Below, one piece after another: positions 1-12,702 of a DNA stretch of 64,000 bases. The stretch is taken from assembly GCA_013239625.1 (NCBI GenBank), contig MU053561.1, forward strand, positions 4,881,214 to 4,945,213, given 5' to 3'. The notes under the pieces are model-generated. The model did not search any database. It was not told where the DNA came from and saw only the letters and a list, made by a program, of their open reading frames with translations. This DNA is from Lama guanicoe (Eukaryota). Each line of letters starts with the position of its first letter. Position 1 is the stretch's first letter. The position numbers and the translations under genes are program-made.

Positions 1-526
1 AGTAGTAGGCAGGGAGTAATGATTGGGTCCCAATGACTCATTTGTTACTCTGTAAGTGGCAAAGTTAGTGTCATTTGATGCAGTCAGCTAGAATCAGGTC
101 TGATACAACCAGCATGGGACAAACCCTCCATGACCACAACAAAAGGTTCAAGGTGGCCAGTTTGGAATAAGAAGAATCCAGCTGAGGTTGTCCTCTTGCC
201 CTTCAGCACTGTCCCCTCTGTACTTAGCCCTCAAACCAGCTCCGATCCCTGCCACCTGCGGCTCTTGAAACCACCCCTCCTTCTCCATAAGACCTTATAG
301 TTACTTCTCATCAAACCCGCAATCATACCTAAGGATCAGTTGCTGGGATATGCCACAGCATTTACCAGAGTGCCCTGGACAACCCCACTTTCCTTTTCTC
401 AGTGTTCCAATCTGTCTTGTTGATACACTCGTTCCATACTCTAGACTGATTTGGATTTGAATTTGCAAGGTAAGTTGAAGAAGGTAACTAATCTCTTTAA
501 GACTCAACATCCTTATCTCTAAAACG

Positions 527-623
527 TAGGGTGATCAACCATCTTGGGTTTGCCTAGGATGCAGGACTTTTAGTGTTAAAACCAAGAATGTCTCAAACAA
601 ACCAGGATGAGCTGGTCATCTTA
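527..623 (-). mobile_element. MER81-like non-autonomous hAT-Blackjack element, inserted in a MIR (~440-720)
   Basis: Terminal inverted repeats tagggtgatcaacc ... gagctggtcatctta; internal ggacttttagtgttaaaacc resembles remembered MER81 consensus. Confidence 0.7.
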
Positions 624-747
624 CTATAACAGGAAAAATAACACTTCATTTATTGTGTGGAAGAAATATAGCATTGTTTGTAGAGTGAGTCAGTATTCAA
701 TAAATGCTAGCTTCCCACCTTCTTTACTCAATAAAAAGTATTTGTGA

Positions 748-865
748 GGAGGGGAGGGTGTAACTCAGCGGTAGAGTGCAGGCTTAGCATGTACAAGGTC
801 CCGGGTTCAATCTCCCTATCTCCATTAAAAATAAATAAATAAACCTAATTATCTCCCCTCCCCCC
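748..865 (+). mobile_element. tRNA-Ala-derived SINE (camelid Vic-1 type)
   Basis: A box taactcagcggtagag, AGC anticodon loop cttagcat, B box ggttcaatc, (TAAA)n then cctaattatctcccc tail; TSD aaaagtatttgtga at 734-747 and 866-879. Confidence 0.9.
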
Positions 866-1849
866 AAAAGTATTTGTGAAATAAGGGTTTGTGGAACACC
901 TGCCAGGTACTCCTTTAGGTACTGGGGAACTGTGATCAAGTGAAGTCTGAAACACAATTCTTGTCTTCAAGGTAATCACAGTCCAGCTGGAAATGTAACA
1001 TTAACACATATAAAACTGATATTTTATATATTTATACTTTTATACTCCACTTCTTCCCTCCCAAATTTGGGGAAGCTCAGATACAGATGCATGAAAACAA
1101 GAGTTGAAGGACAACAGCCACATAATTAGAGAGATGGTGGTGGAACAATTATGCTAGAAACCCAAGGCTAAGGAAAGCTACTCCAACTGAACACAAAACA
1201 GCCAAGAATAAAACAAGAATAACACAGAGCTGACCAAATTAAACAGAAAATTATATGGTATCAGTTTCAGAAGTTCAGGGTAGTGGTCTGGAAGTTCACG
1301 ATGAAGTTCAGTGATTTCCCGCAAATCAGCTACATGATCATGGGCAGGAGGCCCAATGTATGCCCCCATTTCTTCTCAAAAGCAGAGAGGATACTTCTCG
1401 TGACAAGACATCAACTATTACTGCATGTGTGTTTCTAAACTCTCCCGTTCTGCCCATGAAGGAGGCTATGTTGCACAAGTTTCTCCCAAGGCACAGGAAG
1501 AAGAGCAAGGATCTGCGGGAGGAGTCTTGGAGAAAAATTTTCTCAAGAAGGTGGGAAAAAAGACAGGGAAGACTGTGGTAGGCAAAGGAAATACAAGAGA
1601 GGACAGAAGGATTTTGAGGAAGGGTTGTCCAGAGCCATATATCCCCTTTGTAGTGCTTGAGTAATTTTGGAAATTTCTTATTAGCTTGCCAGACTGTGTT
1701 TCTTTGATCCCAGCCCTGCTCTGAGACATAGGCTGATGAGTGAATGGAGGAGAAAGCACTTTGTAAAGGCCATGTTTGAAACCTGATCTAAATCCTCTCC
1801 CAGCAGCTCAAATCCTCTGCTTTTGCTCTTTGGTCAAAAAGGAAAAATG

Positions 1850-2047
1850 GAAAAGACTTGGACACTTGGGATTCTGGCTCATTGGTTTCACAGTTGTTAA
1901 GTCCTTGGACAAGTTACTGACTTTGTCAAATACTCAAGTTCCTCATCTGCACAATGGGTTATTTGAAGAGACATAGGATAATGCATTTGCATATAAAGCC
2001 CTTAGCACAGTGCCAGGCACATACAGGCCCACAGTAAGTGTCAGCTC
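1850..2047 (+). mobile_element. MIR SINE
   Basis: Core ttcctcatctgcacaatggg and 3' end cttagcacagtgccaggcacata. Confidence 0.75.
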
Positions 2048-2399
2048 CCTTCTTTCCTTCCTTCCCCCTTTGCAATCCCATCTTTTTCATGATGAGTAAT
2101 TGACAGTAGGTGGAAAATCCATTCCTCCTGGACCAACCCTGTGCAAAGGTGAAAGTCTCATGACTCTCTTACCCAACTCTCCATCCAGCTCCTCCCCAGA
2201 TGTTCCAGGTGCACCCACCTAAGAGGCTACTTATCAGGAGATCTGCCTTTCCTGTGTCTATCACTTGGGCTGGCAATTGCTCCTCCAGGGCAGTGCCCAC
2301 AGCCTTCTAACTTGATCTGTAGGGTAGAGCCCAAAAGTCAAGTAGGTGCTATGAGAGAACAAACTATTGCTCCAACATTATTTTATGACTCTCACCCTT

Positions 2400-3420
2400 G
2401 CTCTACTCCATTCCCATGGCTGAAATCTAACACCTAGAACTGCTCCAATTCTGAAGCTTACTACCCAAATTTCTTTCTGATAACAATATCCCAGCTCCTT
2501 CACTCCCTTAACAAAACACCTTCAACCCTTGTGTGACCTCTGGTTCCAGAACTGTTCCTTTGGTCCCCAACTCCTTCCTCCCTTTGGCTTGACCTCTTTT
2601 CCTACCATGGTCTATTGCTTCAGTTAATCTCTCACCATGTCCCTTTACCTTCTTACTCCATGGTCTCTCTGCCAGTCTACCCCAGAACACCCCAGCCCTA
2701 GGTCAGTTCAGCCACTTACACTCAGGCCACTGATTTCTGTTAAAGAAAATTGCATCACCATACAAATTCTGCTTTCCAACCTCCCAGGGCTCAGTGCTGC
2801 TAGAAATCCTCATGCGTCCTACTCTTTCTCCCATCTCCTTAGCAATGACTCCATATCCCACTTCTTTCCTTAAACCCATCCTTCCATCTTCCTCTGTCCC
2901 CTCAGTGACCTTGCCTTCTTGTTCTAGGGGGGAAACTGAGGCCTTCTTACAAGGTCTTCCTTGAACCCCTTGGCTGCTCAGAGATTTCAGTCTGTATCAT
3001 TCTTTCCTTCTTCCCAGCTCCCTCAGTGGAAGCTGAGGCTTTTCTTCCTTCTTAAATTTCCCTTCATGTATGTGATGGACTCACCCCTCACCTCTACTGT
3101 AGACTTCTCCCCCTCCCCCATCACCTCAATGACCTCACTTCATCAATCATCCCAGATTTCTTTATTAAATTTCAGATTGTTCTACTCCATTGGCCCTGTT
3201 CCTTCAGTATATAAATTTGCTCAAATCTTTCTCCTCCCAACATTCCTGTCATCGCATTACCTGTCCTTATCCCCAGTTGTTGTACTATAGGACAGGAACA
3301 AAAATATTAACAATTTGTGAATATCCACAGATTCTTCCCTTCATCCACCCTCTAGTGAGAATTCTCTCATCGCCATCTCAGCCTTTCCTCTCCCTCCTTC
3401 CATAGGGGAATGGTTGTCTT
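2400..3420 (+). mobile_element. Degenerate L2 LINE interior
   Basis: Pyrimidine-rich decayed L2-like sequence (gaccttgccttctt...gaaactgaggcc); no intact frame. Confidence 0.45.
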
Positions 3421-3709
3421 TGTCTTTCCCGCTGTGCTGAATCTGGGCAATGAGGCAAGAGGGAACTAGAAGGAAGTCAGAGTGGGTCTGCAAGGTAAAC
3501 AGCTGTACCAAAGATGAGAAGAAAGATAAGAGATTATGTGGGATTTCCATAAGTATTTTGGGGATGGTTGGTAGGGAAGGGATGAAGGTTTTTAAAAATG
3601 TAGACTCTCAGGTACCACAGTGGACTCTCTGAACGAGAATGTGCATTTTTTTTCTTCAGGATATGGATTTAATAAGATCCCTCGGTAATTGTACATTAAG
3701 ATTTCAGAC

Positions 3710-4620
3710 ACACATGCAAATTAACAAAAATGGATCACAGATATAAATGTGAAAACCTAAGAATATCAAACTTCTAGAAGAAAATATATGAGAAAATCTT
3801 ATAACCTTGAGTTGGGTTAAGAGTTCTCAGGTACAATTAAAACAAAATAAACAAGTTAAAAAAACATGATCCATAAAAAACAGATAAATTGAACTTCAGC
3901 AGTATCAAAAACTTTTATACTTCAAAAGACATGATTAAAAAAATGAAAAGACAAGCCACAGATTGGGAGAAGATATTTCCAAGTAAGGGACTTATATCCA
4001 GAATATATGGAGAACTCTCAAAACTCAATAATAAGATAAACAACCCAATTTTAAAACACACAAAAGATCTGAATACACATTTCATTAAAGAAGATATATG
4101 AATGGCCAATAAGTACATGAAAACATGCTTAACATCATTAATCACCATGGAGGGGGAGGGTAGAGCTCAGTGGTAGAGTACGTGCTTAGCATGCATGAGG
4201 TCCTAGGTTCAATCCCCAGTACCTCCATTTAAAAAATAAATAAATAAACAAATCTAATTACCTACCCCCACCAAAAAAACCCGCCAAAATTCATTAATCA
4301 TCATGGAAATGCAAATTAAACCACAATGAGATGCCACTAGATGCCCTGTAGAATCATTATAATCAAAACAATTGAAAATTCCAAGTTTGATGCTGGTGTG
4401 AGTATAAAATGGTACAGCCACTTTGGAAAATAGTTGGGCAGTTTCTTTTAGAGTTAAACAGAAACTTAAGCTAGAACCCAGAAATCATACTCCTGGGATT
4501 TTACCCAAGACAAACAAAAATGTATATCTACATAAAGATATGTATATGACTGTCCATAGAGGAATTATCCATAATAGCTAAAAACTTGAAACAATTCAGT
4601 TGTCTATGAAGGCAGAAATG
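3710..4620 (+). mobile_element. Old L1 (L1M) ORF2 C-terminal fragment, interrupted by a SINE
   Basis: ORF 3889-4101 IKKMKRQATDWEKIF...KGLISRIYGEL is L1 ORF2p; aaatgcaaattaaaccacaatgagatgccac follows the SINE. Confidence 0.9.
4152..4290 (+). mobile_element. tRNA-Ala-derived SINE (Vic-1 type)
   Basis: tagagctcagtggtagag...cttagcatgcatgaggtcctaggttcaatccccagtacctcca; TSD tcattaatcaYcatgga at 4135-4151 and 4291-4307. Confidence 0.9.
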
Positions 4621-4639
4621 AATGAGCAGCTATTACTCT

Positions 4640-5054
4640 AGAGGTCACTGAAGTCAGCAGTCAGTCAGGACAGGTGCACAGGTGTCCAGCATTTCCAGCA
4701 TGCCCTTGCTCTCCTCCTCTCCATGTCTAGCTCTTCTCCCCATCTGCTATCTCTACTGCCCAACAGTGGCCCCAGGCCCACCATCAGACACTTGACGGGA
4801 CCCGTAGAAGCAGTAGCTCCACCAAAGCCAATGCTTCCCATAGACCTATCCACTGGTCTCCCTTCCTATGTGGCTGGATGTGTTTGGCTTCTCAGATTGA
4901 TTGAGCGACTCCTCCCCTAATGATCCAATAGCACTTCCAGAACTTTACTTCCCTGGCTCCTCCCACAACTATGAAAGGTCTTATTCCTATAAAAAGTCCT
5001 TCGTCCCATAACACCCATAGTCACTCTGCTTCCCTGACTGAAGCCTGATTGTTA
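4640..5054 (+). mobile_element. ERV-L LTR (LTR41/LTR33-like)
   Basis: 3' end ctcctcccacaactatgaaaggtcttattcctataaaaag...ctgcttccctgactgaagcctga, directly followed by ERV-L leader ttggtatcaaaggtggatccaagggaacagaacc. Confidence 0.65.
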
Positions 5055-5900
5055 TTGGTATCAAAGGTGGATCCAAGGGAACAGAACCATAAGGACGAGA
5101 ATATGGAATTGGTTCACTGATCTGACTAGATTTAAAGGCACTCAAGACTCTGTTGCTAATGGTAAACTGGGCACTGGTAGTCCATGGCATTTAAGTAAAG
5201 TGGCAGACTTTCTTAAATGACCACTTGTAATCACCTGCAATCAAGCTCCTGGAGAAAGCAAGGCACCGAATATCAAGTGACTGCTGCCACATGAGATTTT
5301 AGTGGGAATAAAAACTGTAAAGATATTGGTTACTTCTAAGTACACTGGAGAGCTTGGCTAAAGCAAATGATGAGCTCAGTCCTCCACATGCCCAGATCAA
5401 GGCCCCAGTGATAAACTAGAAAGCCCTGAAAAAACTTTCATCTTCTGTAGGTTCAGGGCCAAGATTTCTGAAATCCAAACCCAAGGTCTAATCTTGAAGA
5501 TGGCTGAATTATAATGCAAAAAGAATTTACATCTGTGAATGTACTGAAAACCCTTGAATCATATACTTTAAATGGGTGAACTGTACAGTATATGCGTTAT
5601 ATCTTTAAAAAGCTATTATCAAACCCCCACCCCCCAAATTTATAACCTTTCAAGTTTTCATGCGAAAGTCAGGGCATTGATTGGGAAGAGAGGGACCCCC
5701 AAAATTGGGATGAGTTAATATGGGCAGTTTCTGATGAAATTGAGGGCTTTAAACTCTAAATTCTGCCAAGCCTCCTTTGTCAGTAGAAGCAGTCCTTCCT
5801 CCCTGTGTGAAGAGGTCAGCCTTCCTGTCTCAGAACCAGTAATGATCTCTTCTAAAGGGACTGTTGATTTCCCTTAGGACCTACCCCTACCCAAGACCCT
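5055..5900 (+). pseudogene. ERV-L internal region with decayed gag
   Basis: 5434-5529 translates TFIFCRFRAKISEIQTQGLILKMAEL*CKKNL; 5665 onward KVRALIGK, then frameshifted DPQNWDELIW, matching the ERV-L Gag motif VKVRALIGKEWDP..W. Confidence 0.8.
5533..5635 (+). mobile_element. Short L1 3'-terminal fragment inserted in ERV-L gag
   Basis: tgtgaatgtactgaaaacccttgaatcatatactttaaatgggtgaactgtacagtatatgcgttatatc is an L1MB/MC-type 3' end; degenerate TSD aatttaYa. Confidence 0.75.
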
Positions 5901-6918
5901 TTCCCTGTTCCATCTAAGTCACTGATGATCTCATAAGAGCTCATGACTTTAAGTGCCATCTCTACGCTGATGACTCAAATTTATAGCCTCAATTCAGACC
6001 TCTCTTCTGAACTCCAGACTCATGTATTCAATTGCTTTCTTTAAATCTCTGCTTCGATGCCTAATAGACATCTCAATATTAACTTGTCACAAGTCAGCCC
6101 TTGTAGTTTCCCTCCCCCAACTTGCCCCTCCCCGGCTAACATTCTTGGTGGCATCTGTCTCTCTTCTTATTCTCTTACACCCACATTGAAAACATTAGCC
6201 AATCCTTCAAAAACATCTCCAGAGGTTACTACTTCTCCCAGCCGCCGCTGCCATCACCAGGCCTACGACTTTATCACCTCTCACTTGTGTTGCTGGAGCA
6301 CTGGAGACCTCCTAGTTGGTCTCTTGCTTTGCGCTTTGCCCCTTTTCAGGCTATTTGCAACACCGTAACCACCGTGAACTTGTCAGAATCAAGTCAGATC
6401 ACATTACTACTTTGCTCAAAACCTTGCAACAGCTTCCCACTTCCCTCAGGGGAAAAGCTAGGGTTGTTACAGTGGTGACCCAAGAGGATCTGCCCTCTCC
6501 CCACCATCTCACTCCACTCAGCCACACTGGCTGTTCCAAGGGTCCTTGAAGTTCTGGGTTTACTTTATCCCAGGGCCTCTGCTCAGAATACTCACCCCCT
6601 AACCCGTAGCCACCACCCCTCCCCCAGCCCCGTGTCTTAGAGCTTCTCAGCACTTTCCCAGTGAGGTCTTCCTTGGCTACTCCATTAACTTTCACATGCT
6701 CTCCATGCCTCATGTTCCTATCACCTTTCCTGCTCCATGTTTCTATCACCTTTCCTGCTCCATGTTTCTTCCCTATTACTCACCATTCTCCTACATACTA
6801 CAGATGGGCAGGGATTTTTGTCCCTTTTCCTCCTCCACTACTATGTCTTCAGTGTCTAACACTATGGCTGGCACATAGTAGGCTCTTGATAGAATATTGT
6901 AGGATGAAAGAATGAAAG
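5900..6918 (+). mobile_element. L2 LINE 3' portion (RT region to tail)
   Basis: 5948-5977 encodes FKCHLYADDS; MPNRHLNINLS follows; tail tggcacatagtaggctc...gatgaaagaatgaa. Confidence 0.85.
6711..6769. repeat. 25-bp tandem repeat, ~2.4 copies
   Basis: catgttYctatcacctttcctgctc twice plus catgtttct. Confidence 0.9.
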
Positions 6919-6999
6919 TGTGCAAATAATTAACATGATGCATAGCAGATACTCAATTATTTAGCTCTCACTATTTAGCTGATTATTTCAACCACAAAT

Positions 7000-7757
7000 T
7001 GGGAAGGTATTTTAGACTTTTCCTTTCTTTTCTTTCTCCCACTCCCATATTGAAAGAGTCACAAATTCTGTAGCATCTACCTTAGCTTAAGCCCTCATCA
7101 TTTCTCACCTGGATTACTGTAACAGGCTCCAGAATGAACCCTGTCCTTCTTCCCCATTTTCTTTTGTCTTTTTCTAAACACTGCAGCTTGAGTTTCAAAA
7201 TCGCAAATCTGATCATGTCAATTCCCTGCTTAAAATTCTTAAATGATGCCCCGGACCTGTCAGACAAAGTTTATGCTCTTTCACTTAGTAGAAAAATCTT
7301 TTCCTGATCCAGACCTCCGACCCCCTTTCTGGCCTTTTGTCCTGAGATTCTTCCTCACACCCTTTACTCCAATCCAACAGAGCCACTTGGTTCCCCAAAA
7401 CATAATCCTCTTTTACATCTTCTTGCCTCTGTATATGCAGTACCTGCTGCCTGAAATGACCTTCTTTTTCCTCTCTCTCTCTTTAAACTCTAGCAAATCA
7501 TATTCATCTTTCACATCTCATCTCAAGCATGACGGACTCCAGAAATTCTTCCTGGACCTCTCAGTCTGATTTGGACAGCACTTTCCTGTGCATGTCCCCA
7601 ACACGGCACTACAGTTCTGCAGTGGAATGGAGAATGTGCTGGTCTGCCTTCCCTGCTAGTGAACACAGACCTGGAGGGTAGGAGAGATGTCACCCTGTAC
7701 TTACACCTCCATGTCTAGCACAGAAATGAGGGGACTGGAAGTGTTTATTGAATTCAT
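7000..7757 (+). mobile_element. L2 LINE 3' fragment
   Basis: ctcatcatttctcacctggattactgtaacaggctcc; gcaaatctgatcatgtcaattccctgcttaaaa. Confidence 0.7.
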
Positions 7758-8928
7758 GCTGGTTATAAAACATTAAGACTCTGCTAACTTCTTGCGGCTG
7801 CCTTGTCTAGAAAAAGAGAGGCAGGCTGGAAGCCAGGAAGCCAAACATTCATACAAGGGACATTTACAGTTGGTTTTCTCCAGGGGTTAGAGTAACCATT
7901 GCAAAGAGGACAGGGAATGGGCCAGGCTCTATAAGGCAGCAATGGCAGGAAGAGCCCTTTGCACTTTGCACTCTTGATTTGAAGAATGTTTCTGACATTT
8001 TGTTTGTGCATTTCCTTTGTATTATCCCTTAGTATTTAACAAACTCTGATGGAAAATTCCATTCTACCTTAGCTGTTCTAAAATAATCCAGGAGAAACAG
8101 TATGGGTTCATGATTGAGCTGTAGTATTAAAGGTACAGTCATTTCCCTCTTGGTGATGGCAGCAAGAATGTTTTCCCAACAGAGAAGAATTTTAAGTGAT
8201 CTATCACTTTGGAGGGCTTAAGATTTCCCTCTATGTTTTCACGAAAGGGAAGGTAAAATTTGCAGCATGCAGTCCTCTCCACCTACGATTTTCTTTCCTG
8301 AGATAAAACCTTGAAGCTTCAGTGTTTACTTTTGTTAAAGAGTCTTTTCCCCTCTCACAGATCCTTCATAAATACTTGGGGTGAGGATGTTTTCTGACTG
8401 GTTGTCCAGACATAAAGAGGCATTCTGATTGGCCGGTGCCGAGGTGGATGGAGTGGGTGAGGAGTAGCAGGGTGGAGGAGGAAAGGCACCGAAAGCCACC
8501 TCTGCTCAGAGGGTGCACAAAGGCACAACTGATGGTGAGCAGGTAAACACATTACTCAGTGGTGAGAATTTCCTTCATTTCAAATAAGCTGCTGAAGGAA
8601 AGGGGCAAATATTTAAGCAAAAGTTGGAGTGTTTGCAATTGCAACTCCCATTGATGAATTTAAGATGGTAAAAGGGCGACAGAGGACATTGGCTCAGAAC
8701 AGAGCGCTAAGACTGTGGTAATAGAAAGCAATCTGTTCAAGGCGAGGTCCTGGAGGGCAAAGAAAACAAAAATAAAACCAAGCAAGTGAAATGGATAAAT
8801 AATGGAGTGAGGCAGTAATAACCACCTTATGATCACCGAGAAAGTACTGACATTAATAAATCTTGAAAGACAGATACCGCGATGCTGAAGTTGAGGGAGG
8901 GGACCCTCTCAGAACATCCAGTGATGAT

Positions 8929-9004
8929 GAGGCGTACAAGTAACAAAAATAAGTCAGAAAAGATGTTAGAGGAGGCGTACAAGTAACAAAAATAAGTCAG
9001 AAAA
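8929..9004. repeat. Perfect 33-bp direct duplication (43-bp period)
   Basis: gaggcgtacaagtaacaaaaataagtcagaaaa at 8929-8961 and 8972-9004. Confidence 0.95.
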
Positions 9005-9154
9005 AAACTTTTTTTCTAATAGAGAAACTATTAGACACTAACCTGCTCTGTTTTATGTGAGTAAAGAGCACATCTATATAGTTTCCTTCTATTAAAAATG
9101 TTAGCTGTTCTTATAAATATTCATCTTCACGTAGCTAGGAGAGAGCGACTTTAG

Positions 9155-9310
9155 ACTCATAAAATTTTAGTGCTGGAGTTTAGAGGCCATGTCTTCCAGC
9201 CTCCATTATTTTACAGATGAGGATCCTGAAGTCTGGGGAGGGGATGTGATTTGTGCAGGATCACACTCCTGGACAACGTACTTGGCTTCCCTTCTGGTGT
9301 TCTTTCCATG
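9155..9310 (-). mobile_element. MIR/MIR3 SINE
   Basis: cattattttacagatgaggatcctgaag...gatttgtgcaggatcacac. Confidence 0.7.
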
Positions 9311-10029
9311 ATGTCAGGAGTTTCCAGGTGTCTATAGTAAAAAGACCCCCTTTTTAATGTCAAGTGTGTTGAATACTCTCCCCACGTTCAAAGCTGTGCT
9401 TTTAGTGTCTACTAATTATAAAATTTATATGCAGTAATGATCAAAAGTGACCACGAATTCAGTGAACTTACAAACTTTTGTATTAATCATGTCCATCTGA
9501 AAATGCAGAGGGCATCTATGAGTGACATGTGATAGTTTCCATCTCTAGGCAGCCTTGTGCTCAAAGGGACCACAACCCTGCGGTCTCTCAGGGCCGGCAG
9601 CTTCCATGTTGGGAACAGGTCTCTGCACCAGGATGAGCTGGCTCTTTCCAAACCCAGAATGCAAAGAAATAACTTCCATTCTCTTAAGAATGAAGAAGAT
9701 ATCAAATGAAATCAAGTACCTTAATTTGAAAAGGGTTTCATAAGGACTTTGGGTAATTTTAGCCCACTGAAGAAGAGATTCCTATTCTGTGAGCCCAGCC
9801 CAGGGCTCATCACCAGATGAGCTGAGCAGAGGGGCGGGGCAGGGGCTGCCGTTCTGTCTTCACAGGTAGGAGGGAAATTCATTCCACAGTGGGAGAGGCT
9901 CAGTGGGTTGCAGCTCTGTCCTGGGAGTCAGAGGAGGGTTGGAGTAGGGGAAAGCCAGAGGGCTGCAGTGCTCCCCAGACCAGGAGCCTGCTGAGTCTGT
10001 GAATATGTGGGTCACATGGGTAGGGATAC

Positions 10030-10260
10030 TCCCAGGAGAGACCTGGGTCAGCTGCCATTTATTGAAGACCTACTCTGTGCTATGCACTCCACTAGGTGCT
10101 TCACATTTCATTTACTAATAGCACTTCAAGGGAGTGGCTATTCTTATGCCCATTTTACTGCTAAGGAAAGAAAGTCTTCAAGCGGTTCTGCAACTTGCCT
10201 AAGATCTTGGGACTGCGGCTGGAACACTGACAACTTGATTCTAAAGTGCCTGCTCCTAGC
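10030..10260 (-). mobile_element. MIR SINE
   Basis: atttattgaagacctactctgtgc...tatgcccattttactgctaaggaaa. Confidence 0.65.
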
Positions 10261-10842
10261 TACAACCTGAGTCAGCAAGAAGGTAGCAAGCTGTGGTGAG
10301 ATTCCATTGAAATAATCCATGTAAAGTGCTTAACACTGTGACTAAGCTGATTAAAAGGGCTTATTACCTGGTGATGATGATTATCAGTATTTTCAACTTT
10401 ATTATGTTGGAATTGCAAATTACATGAATAGGATGAAAATACTGGGGTGTTGTACGAAAATTAAAGTGTGAAATCTTCCAAGATGGGGTCTTAAAAAAAA
10501 TAAAAAGAATTGTGCTGTTGAGTAAGACAGGGAAACTGGACTGTGAGCCCAAAGGAGTGGCCGGAGTGCAGAGGATTGATGTGATGGACGCTGATACCTT
10601 CCAGGGGTGACCAGACTGCCTCCGGCAGGATAACAAGAATTGCCACCAATGCAGGAAATGAGTCCTGAGACAGGCAGAACTGGGTGCAGCACCCTGCGTG
10701 GAGAAGTGTGTGATGGGGAGAGACGCTCCTGGGATTTGGCTGGTTGGGTTCAGAGGCAGGAATATTTCATCACTACTTGCTCTTATATATTATTACCCAT
10801 TTGCTTGTGTCCAGGTGGGTAATGAGGGGGACATTTGCCAGC

Positions 10843-10913
10843 AAATGACATCATCATGGAAAATATAGATATGATCAAAATGACATCATACTAGAAAAAT
10901 ATAGATATGGTCA
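10843..10913. repeat. ~35-bp imperfect tandem duplication
   Basis: aaatgacatcatcatggaaaatatagatatgatca / aaatgacatcatactagaaaaatatagatatggtca. Confidence 0.85.
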
Positions 10914-11384
10914 GGATCCAGAAAAGTTGAGCTTTGATGGTAGGAAGAGTTTGAATAAGTGTTAAATTCAGTGAATGCACTTATTAAATCAGAAGTGGCC
11001 CTTTGGAACAGTTATTCAAAATCTCTGTTTTGAAAACATGGAGCACTTCAAAAGAGTCCGCCATGGTGCGTTAGAAAGAGGGCATGGTTTGATAGCTTAA
11101 ATTTTCAAAAATTACAAGTTTCATTTTGGAGAATTAAAACTGTGTATATGTAGCAAAAATAACTTTCTTTAAAATTTCAAGCAGAGCTTTAAAAACCTCA
11201 CACTCAATTGAGTTTATTCATTCTCTAAGGAGAAAAGTTCTTTTGCAGAGAATGATTTAATCCATGAAACTGGCTCTTACTGTCCCTGTTAGAGGATCAG
11301 ATTTTCTACTTAATTTGACCAAATGATTGAACAAGTTTTGTGGAATTTGACAAGTTTTCCTCTAGAAATGTCATTTTTTCTTTT

Positions 11385-11940
11385 TGTTAACTGAAAACAG
11401 GGAGGTATTAGAAAAGAAAAGAACAAATCTAACTCCATATTAGATCTGTTCCTCTGGCTTTAACCCTGTGCTCTGTTTCCTGGGCTTAGTCTTGCTAGTT
11501 CTGTACATTTTGTTAAAGAGTGTTGCCTATAGCCTGAAATACACAGGAGAGCCTATTCTCAAGCCTCTGACCTTCAAAGGTATTAAAACTTTCCACTCGT
11601 ATAAAGATAACAAGTTGCAGAATAGAAAATAACATGTTTTGTTGGAGGTTTACAGGGACACCATGATCTGACCCACTTGGACAGCTACAAGAACAAAGGA
11701 TTCCAAGAATAAAGAATTCCTACACCAAGAAGTTTGCAACAACCAAGCATACCCTCTCCCCTTTTTAGTATAAAAGGAGTCTGAATTCTGACTTGGGGAA
11801 GATGATTCTCCAGGACGTCAGTCTGCCATCTTCTTGGTCTGCTGGCTTTCTGAATAGTCCCTATTCCTTGCCCCAACACCTCGTCTCCTGATTTACTGGC
11901 CTGTCGTGGGGCAAGAAGAACGAGTTTGGACTCGGTAACA
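11385..11940 (+). mobile_element. Solo ERV1-type LTR
   Basis: TGTTA...TAACA termini, TATA box (tataaaa ~11769), typical U5 end gagtttggactcggtaaca. Confidence 0.75.
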
Positions 11941-12702
11941 GTATGTATACGACAATAGCCACAAAAGAAAATGCATTGTTTGCAGTAACTGGTTAATTTG
12001 AGGAGGCTCAGATGGTATGTTCTTCCAGAAATTGCTCAAAAATGAGACTGACCCATCCAGAAAAGCCTGATGAGATAAGAAACACAGCATTTTGAAGGCA
12101 TTTTTTGTGTACTGTGTCCAAGGTTTATTGTGAGAAGGAGGAAATATGCTAACATGTCGGTATTTTCAGGTAACATCAACACCAATTGTCTAGAGAGTGA
12201 CAAGACTCAGCATATCATATAAAGAGACTGGTCTTCTGATGGCAAGACTCCTAAACAGAAATGTATCATAATAGGAACAAATGGGTGTTAATAACATAAA
12301 TAGTCTGGGACAGGCGCTCTGTGGTAAATAGGGCTATTACATAGCCTGATCTGGATGTCAGACTGGTGAGGACAGAAAATGTTTCTAATTCTTCCACATC
12401 ATACCAAGGAGGGAAAGCTGGCTCAAGGAGGAGTTTGCTGTGGGGGAAAAAAAATGTGTGTTTCTCTCATAAGTTAAGATTCTCAAACTGGAGCAGTCTG
12501 CGGTCTACTTTGCACAACAACAGATTTTCTCATAACTCAGCCTGTCCTTAACCATGAGGTCACTGCAAGCATCAGTGGTTCTGTGTTGCCTGGGAGGCCT
12601 GGTTGGTGTCCATCCCACACAGGAAGCCCCACACCTGTCAGTAGCTCCAGTGGGGTACTCCTATTCTCTCAAAAAACCCAAACAGACATTGAGATTAATG
12701 TC

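Noticed and set aside
1020..1480. Possible processed pseudogene (ORF 1178-1369)
   Set aside because: No recognisable protein, polyA or TSD; the start resembles a very old L2-type 3' end, but too weakly to call.
4152..4227. tRNA-Ala(AGC) gene (and the seven similar copies)
   Set aside because: They have stem mismatches, AT-rich SINE tails and TSDs, so they are SINE retrocopies.
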